A stretch of DNA of 64,000 nt from Candidatus Poseidoniaceae archaeon (lineage in GTDB: Archaea > Thermoplasmatota > Poseidoniia > Poseidoniales > Poseidoniaceae). The position numbers and the translations under genes were made by a program. Shown here piece by piece: positions 59,366-64,000 of the stretch (position 1 is its first letter; each line of letters begins with the position of its first letter). The DNA lies in assembly GCA_965662895.1 (NCBI GenBank), contig CBFIJH010000001.1:1-64000 (forward strand). Reading direction: 5' to 3'. The notes under the pieces are model-generated. The model worked only from the letters and a program-made list of their open reading frames with translations. It ran no database searches and had not been told where the DNA came from.

Positions 59366-62089
59366 CTAGCGTTTAGCAAACCGATAACCGACTCGTTCAT
59401 TCTTTTTGAGCCAAAGAATTGCTGTGTAAGGATTGCCCGACTTTTTCGCAATCAAATCATCGAATGGTCCGATTTCACCTTTTTCTATCAGTTGCTTTGC
59501 TTCTTCTCTGGTTATCTCTCTCTTTGATATCTCGCGTGCTATGTCAATCTTACAACCGCTTGCACTTGTTCTTGGCCGGTAATGCGTCTCTGTCTCGTAG
59601 ATCTCAGCGCCATGTTTCGGACAGATTGCAACCACACCGGGTTTTACTTCGAAGCGTCGCGCATCAGCAGCGGCTTCTCTCGGTGGAAATTCGAACCCGA
59701 CTTTGTTTCCTTCAATGACCAAATATGCAGGGAAGGGGCGGCCTCGTCTGGAAATGAAATCCTCGATGAGTGGAGATTTCCCATCGATGAGAATCGATTT
59801 TGCCTCGCTTTGACTAATTTCTCGCTTGCAAATAATCTTTCCTACACCAGCGAATTTGCATTCTTCTTGATCGCATGCATAATGCGTGTCCGTTTCTCGA
59901 ATTGTTCCATCACATTTTGGACACGGGCAGAGGGCTTCATCAGAACTGTTTGCACGATTGCCGGTGGATTTTGCCGAGGTGACCTTTCCTTCATCTGAAA
60001 TGACGACAGATGTTTCGTACGGTTCGCCATTTCGATTGAAGAATCCGTGCAGATCAGTCAATTCTTTCTGTTCAAGTAACCTGGTTGCCGTTTCTCTGTC
60101 GAACCAACGACCACTTGTATCCTTCCAAAACACGAACGAGCATCCCTTGTCTTTCCCCTCATTCTTTTCGCATGTGTAAGAGAGGGCGGTTTCAAGAATT
60201 GTTGAGCTACATTTAGGGCAGGTTCCGATGGAATCGTCGTTGCTAAACAAAAGACTTCGGTCATGGTCTCGGACTCGGGTGACGAGGTCAGTTGTTTGTT
60301 GAATAATTGAATTCATGTATTCTGATGCTTTAACTTCACCTCGTTGAACAGCTGTTAATGCAGCCTCCATTTCGCCAGTTAGTTCCGCTGAGGTAATCCA
60401 TTCCACGGGAATTCGGCGCAAAATTTCAATGATCCGAATGCCGTGAGGAGTTGCATTGAGGGCGCCGGATTGTTGTCGGGAAATGTAGCCGCGTGAGAGC
60501 AATTTTTCGATTGTATCGGCCCTTGTCGCTGGTGTTCCAAGGCCTTTTCCAGAAATGGCTTCGGCCAATTCTTCATCTTCGATATCCTTTCCGGCTCTTT
60601 CCATCAATGAGAGGAGTCGTGCTTCTTTTATTCGCGTGGGGGGTTTCGATTTTTCTTCAGCCCATTCATGGGACGAAATATTTGCATGAGGGTCATCGGT
60701 TGAGATTGTTCCCCAACCTTCTGGGTGGGTCAAATTTTTGTTAACGACTTCTCTCCATCCAAGTTTTGCATACTGTTGTGCTTCTTTCTTGAAAATTTCA
60801 CCACCAAGGTCTGCTGTTCGCTTTTGTTTTTCGATAATTGCTTCATCGTACCACGATGCAATGAAATTTCTTACTATCAAATCGTACAATCGTTGTTCAT
60901 CTTTTGAGAGTGTTCCCGAGGGTATTTTGCCTGTCGGAATTATGGCGAAGTGATCACTGACTTTTGCGTCATTGAAATTACGCGTTACATTTTGCAATCC
61001 ACTATTCTTGAGTGAATCAACGAACCCCTTCATGTCTGAAAGTTTGGATAGATTGGCGAGTGTTTCGTCGATGGTGTCCTTCATGTCGGTTGGAAGATAC
61101 CGGGAATCTGTACGTGGGTAAGTTGTGAGCTTGTGGCGTTCATACAAAGCCTGAGCAACATTGAGCGTTCGTTTAGCTGGCCATGAAAACATGGAGTTGG
61201 CTTGACGCTGAAGTGTTGTCAAATCATAATTCAGCGGTGGGCGTTCTTTGCTCGTGGAAATTTTTTGTGTGACCACCGCTTTCTGACCCGAATCGATGAG
61301 ATCCTGAATACGCTGCTTTTCTTCAACGGTCATGATCCAATGAGGCTTCGTATCCTCAGTTGATGAGCCTCCTTCCCATCGACCGTTCCATGAACTCGTA
61401 CTCCCCTCGAATTGAGCGGTCAAAACCCAATACGGTTTTGATATGTGCTGCAATATCTCAATTTCGTGATCGACAAGAATTGCCAATGTGGCTGTTTGGA
61501 CCCGCCCAAGTGATATACGTTCTGTGCGTTTCTTTGGTAAAAAAACCTCAGCGATTCTTGACCCGTTCATACCAATCAGCCAATCTGCATAGCTACGACT
61601 GTACGCAGCATCTGAGAGGTTTTGATAGTCCTCTGCGGGCTTACGCTCATCCCATGCACGTTGGATAGCCTCTTTGGTCATCGACTGCAACCACATGCGT
61701 GATACGGGCGATTTGGACTTAGAATAACGGAATATTGTTTGGAAAATAAGTTCTCCTTCTCGAGCAGCGTCGCACGCATTGACAATTTCAGTAACCGATT
61801 TTTCACTCATCAGTTTTTTTACGGCGGTGAGTTGTTTCCTGGTTGATCCACTTTTTGGTTTGAACTCAAATTCCTCGGGTATGAAAGGTAAATCCGAAGC
61901 AGTTTTCCGCCAATTTTTGAAATCTGGGTTGTAATCATCCATGTATTTGAGTTCCAGCATATGGCCAACAGCCCAGGTGACGACGATTTGATCACCGGCC
62001 CAGTGTGTTGCTTCTTTTTTGGAGATGCCGAGCATTTTGGCGATATCTTCAGCGACACTTGGCTTCTCGGCGAGGACAACGATGCTCAT
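59366..62089 (-). CDS. topB: type IA DNA topoisomerase, bacterial TopB (topo III)-like with C-terminal repeats
   Basis: AEKPSVA, VTWAVGH, NACDAAREGELIF, GRVQT, catalytic TYPRTDS, DHFAIIPT, GLGTPATRA; C-terminal CPKC fingers and I-x-x-F-I-S-x-x-G-x-P-F/Y-x-A-x-L repeats. Confidence 0.88.
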   Translation of the reverse strand: MSIVVLAEKPSVAEDIAKMLGISKKEATHWAGDQIVVTWAVGHMLELKYMDDYNPDFKNWRKTASDLPFIPEEFEFKPKSGSTRKQLTAVKKLMSEKSVTEIVNACDAAREGELIFQTIFRYSKSKSPVSRMWLQSMTKEAIQRAWDERKPAEDYQNLSDAAYSRSYADWLIGMNGSRIAEVFLPKKRTERISLGRVQTATLAILVDHEIEILQHISKPYWVLTAQFEGSTSSWNGRWEGGSSTEDTKPHWIMTVEEKQRIQDLIDSGQKAVVTQKISTSKERPPLNYDLTTLQRQANSMFSWPAKRTLNVAQALYERHKLTTYPRTDSRYLPTDMKDTIDETLANLSKLSDMKGFVDSLKNSGLQNVTRNFNDAKVSDHFAIIPTGKIPSGTLSKDEQRLYDLIVRNFIASWYDEAIIEKQKRTADLGGEIFKKEAQQYAKLGWREVVNKNLTHPEGWGTISTDDPHANISSHEWAEEKSKPPTRIKEARLLSLMERAGKDIEDEELAEAISGKGLGTPATRADTIEKLLSRGYISRQQSGALNATPHGIRIIEILRRIPVEWITSAELTGEMEAALTAVQRGEVKASEYMNSIIQQTTDLVTRVRDHDRSLLFSNDDSIGTCPKCSSTILETALSYTCEKNEGKDKGCSFVFWKDTSGRWFDRETATRLLEQKELTDLHGFFNRNGEPYETSVVISDEGKVTSAKSTGNRANSSDEALCPCPKCDGTIRETDTHYACDQEECKFAGVGKIICKREISQSEAKSILIDGKSPLIEDFISRRGRPFPAYLVIEGNKVGFEFPPREAAADARRFEVKPGVVAICPKHGAEIYETETHYRPRTSASGCKIDIAREISKREITREEAKQLIEKGEIGPFDDLIAKKSGNPYTAILWLKKNERVGYRFAKR

Positions 62090-62143
62090 GCCTTCACTGC
62101 GTTTGTCGACTGTACTTGAAGCCTCGCCAGACTTCAAAATAAA

Positions 62144-62163
62144 CAGATAACATAAGTTATCTG
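62144..62163. repeat. perfect 8-bp inverted repeat CAGATAAC-ATAA-GTTATCTG (terminator or operator)
   Basis: Read directly; on the minus strand it follows the stop at 62167 and is followed by TTTATTTT. Confidence 0.55.
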
Positions 62164-62166
62164 AAA

Positions 62167-62583
62167 TTATTGTTCAGAAAAATCCATTCGATTTCGATGG
62201 GCTTTTTCATCCCATTCACTTTCTTGATTTTGGTACCCACATCCGCTGCAACCAGGATATCCTGCAAGCAACAATTCAGAACACATCTGCACAAGTTCGC
62301 TCAGGAGCATCAATTCGTCGAAGGGTAACCATAGGACCTCCCTGTCTTCTGGTTTGTTCGTGTCAAAACTGAACAGAGAACGGTCGTTTTTTTTGATCAT
62401 AAAAGGACCTTCTTCTACAGAAGGGAACTCCAATCGTTGCGGCATAGAATCGGCTATGTTGAGCATCAGACGCTGCCACAACGGTACATATTGTTGCGGT
62501 ACTGAGATGATCAGATCGTTTTCAACGAGTATTCGTCGACTCGCTTCCCGGAGAGCAAGCCAACGTGCAGAATTTTCCTCCAT
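62167..62583 (-). CDS. small hypothetical protein with Cys motif
   Basis: 138 aa; C-x10-C-x2-C (CSELLLAGYPGCSGC); TTCAAT 28 nt upstream. Confidence 0.65.
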   Translation of the reverse strand: MEENSARWLALREASRRILVENDLIISVPQQYVPLWQRLMLNIADSMPQRLEFPSVEEGPFMIKKNDRSLFSFDTNKPEDREVLWLPFDELMLLSELVQMCSELLLAGYPGCSGCGYQNQESEWDEKAHRNRMDFSEQ

Positions 62584-62635
62584 GAGCCGACGAAGAGGCG
62601 CAAGGATTGAAGGATATCGGTTCTGCCATCAATAC

Positions 62636-63733
62636 ATGGGCAGGCTTTTTCGTTGGTTCTCGAAACCTCTTTTGGCCGTTCAAGACTCGGAAAAAGCGCA
62701 TGCTCGGTCCTTGTTGATGCTGCGTATTGCATCTTCAAATCCTCTTTTTCGTGCAGTTCTACGTTTGCTCTATAAACCAAGAAAACAATTGACGGTGAAT
62801 TGTTTTGGAATGGATTATGTTCATCCATTTGGAATTGCAGCTGGTATGGACAAACGTGCTGAAGCCTTACGAGGTTGGGAATCCATTGGTCTTGCATTTT
62901 CTGAAATCGGTGGAGTTACGATGCTTGAACAATCAGGTAACCCAAAACCGCGAATGTTCCGCCATGGAAACGATCGTGCACTTGTGAATCGTATGGGTTT
63001 CAACAATCCGGGAAGTCAAAAGGTCGCATCGCAACTTCAGCGTGCTGGAACTCGATCGATTCCAGTGTGGGCAAATCTCGGTAAATCCAAGATTACACCA
63101 ATTGAAGAGGCACCAATGGATTACTCGACGACAATGGAACGCCTTTGGCCGTACATCGATGTCTTTGTGGTGAACGTATCGTCTCCAAACACGCCCGGGT
63201 TGCGTGATTTGCAACACGGCGATCACCTATCAAACATTCTTGACGCATGCAACGAAGTAAACAGAGAGAACTCTGAGAGATACCAACAATCTCCGAAGCC
63301 AATTTTGATTAAGGTCGCACCAGATTTAACCACAAAAGAGCTTGAGAAGATTGTTGATACGGCCATCGCTTGCGGTATGAGCGGTATCGTTGCGACAAAT
63401 ACAACGCTGGAGCGACCGAATCAAACGGATAAAGTTTACATGCAGCAAGGCGGTTGTTCGGGCTCTCCTCTGAAGAATCAGAGCACTGAAATGATTCGGC
63501 ATATCTACGACTATACAAACGGGCAACTCCCAATTGTTGGTGTGGGTGGCATCATGAACGCTGAGGATGCATGGGAGAAGATTCTAGCCGGTGCAAGTCT
63601 ACTTCAAGCCTATGCTGGATTCGTTTTCGAAGGTCCAGGACTTACAAAGTCAATTGTACATGGAATTCACAAAAAGCTCATGCACTCCGAATTTAACTCA
63701 TTCTCTGAAGCTGTAGGTTCATCCCATCGATAG
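62636..63733 (+). CDS. pyrD: quinone-dependent (class 2) dihydroorotate dehydrogenase
   Basis: PFGIAAGMDK, QSGNPKPRMFR, NRMGFNNPG, NVSSPNTPGLRDLQ, KVAPDL, ATNTT, GGCSG, GVGGI. Confidence 0.95.
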   Translation: MGRLFRWFSKPLLAVQDSEKAHARSLLMLRIASSNPLFRAVLRLLYKPRKQLTVNCFGMDYVHPFGIAAGMDKRAEALRGWESIGLAFSEIGGVTMLEQSGNPKPRMFRHGNDRALVNRMGFNNPGSQKVASQLQRAGTRSIPVWANLGKSKITPIEEAPMDYSTTMERLWPYIDVFVVNVSSPNTPGLRDLQHGDHLSNILDACNEVNRENSERYQQSPKPILIKVAPDLTTKELEKIVDTAIACGMSGIVATNTTLERPNQTDKVYMQQGGCSGSPLKNQSTEMIRHIYDYTNGQLPIVGVGGIMNAEDAWEKILAGASLLQAYAGFVFEGPGLTKSIVHGIHKKLMHSEFNSFSEAVGSSHR

Positions 63734-63785
63734 TATGGATGAGCAGATGTTGAAATATGTCAGTCAGTAGCATCGAGTTGATAGG

Positions 63786-64000
63786 ATGCTCTCATACCGG
63801 AACCGATTGCTCCTCATTGGAGGTATTGTTACAATTGCGGTTCTCGGAACGATATTTCTCCAAGCCCCAGCACCAACACTGACTGTTGATCAACTCATGG
63901 AGGATAAATCCAATCTTTTGGATGAAGTGGTTGCGGTTCGAGGTGAAATTCGAGATGGAAGCATCAATGAAACCTCAATGACGTTTGTTCTGGAAGGTAC
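63786..64000 (+). CDS. partial CcmE-like cytochrome c maturation / OB-fold membrane protein (not in the ORF track)
   Basis: Manual translation MLSYRNRLLLIGGIVTIAVLGTIFLQAPAPTLTVDQLMEDKSNLLDEVVAVRGEIRDGSINETSMTFVLEG: TM followed by TVDQL...V-V-G...GSI...F; runs off the window before any heme-binding motif. Confidence 0.55.
   Translation, partial: MLSYRNRLLLIGGIVTIAVLGTIFLQAPAPTLTVDQLMEDKSNLLDEVVAVRGEIRDGSINETSMTFVLEG

Noticed and set aside
486-63533. Numerous 60-220 aa antisense and alternate-frame ORFs inside long genes, and long upstream extensions of dtdA, alaS, RND and pyrD
   Set aside because: Shadow ORFs with Ser/Arg-rich non-protein composition; the extensions overlap divergent genes and precede the conserved N-termini

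Overview
Gene-dense archaeal chromosomal segment, most consistent with Marine Group II Euryarchaeota (Ca. Poseidoniales). This assignment is inferred from gene content: archaeal information genes (aIF-6, rpo7/spt4, S24e, S27ae, DtdA, RtcB, archaeal AlaRS/ValRS, GGR), an unlinked 5S rRNA, giant acidic surface proteins, subtilases and several bacterial-type enzymes. The window holds about 40 CDS, one 5S rRNA, tRNA-Ser(GGA) and tRNA-Thr(GGT). I saw no mobile element, integrase or CRISPR array. The best candidate system is a compact four-gene DNA-damage-tolerance ('mutasome'-like) locus at 29.1-33.7 kb: a small helical partner, PolB2, a degenerate RadA-like protein and an intact Y-family DinB, with a shared TTCACTTTT upstream motif. 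Also notable are a highly structured, potentially switchable RNA leader before rpo7, a lipoprotein with a PNGase F-like domain, a Ca-repeat surface protein with an embedded biotinyl/lipoyl-like domain, a bacterial-type topoisomerase III, a recurring non-canonical TT[C/G]AA promoter box and several intergenic palindromes. All calls come from motif recognition by eye; no searches were run.
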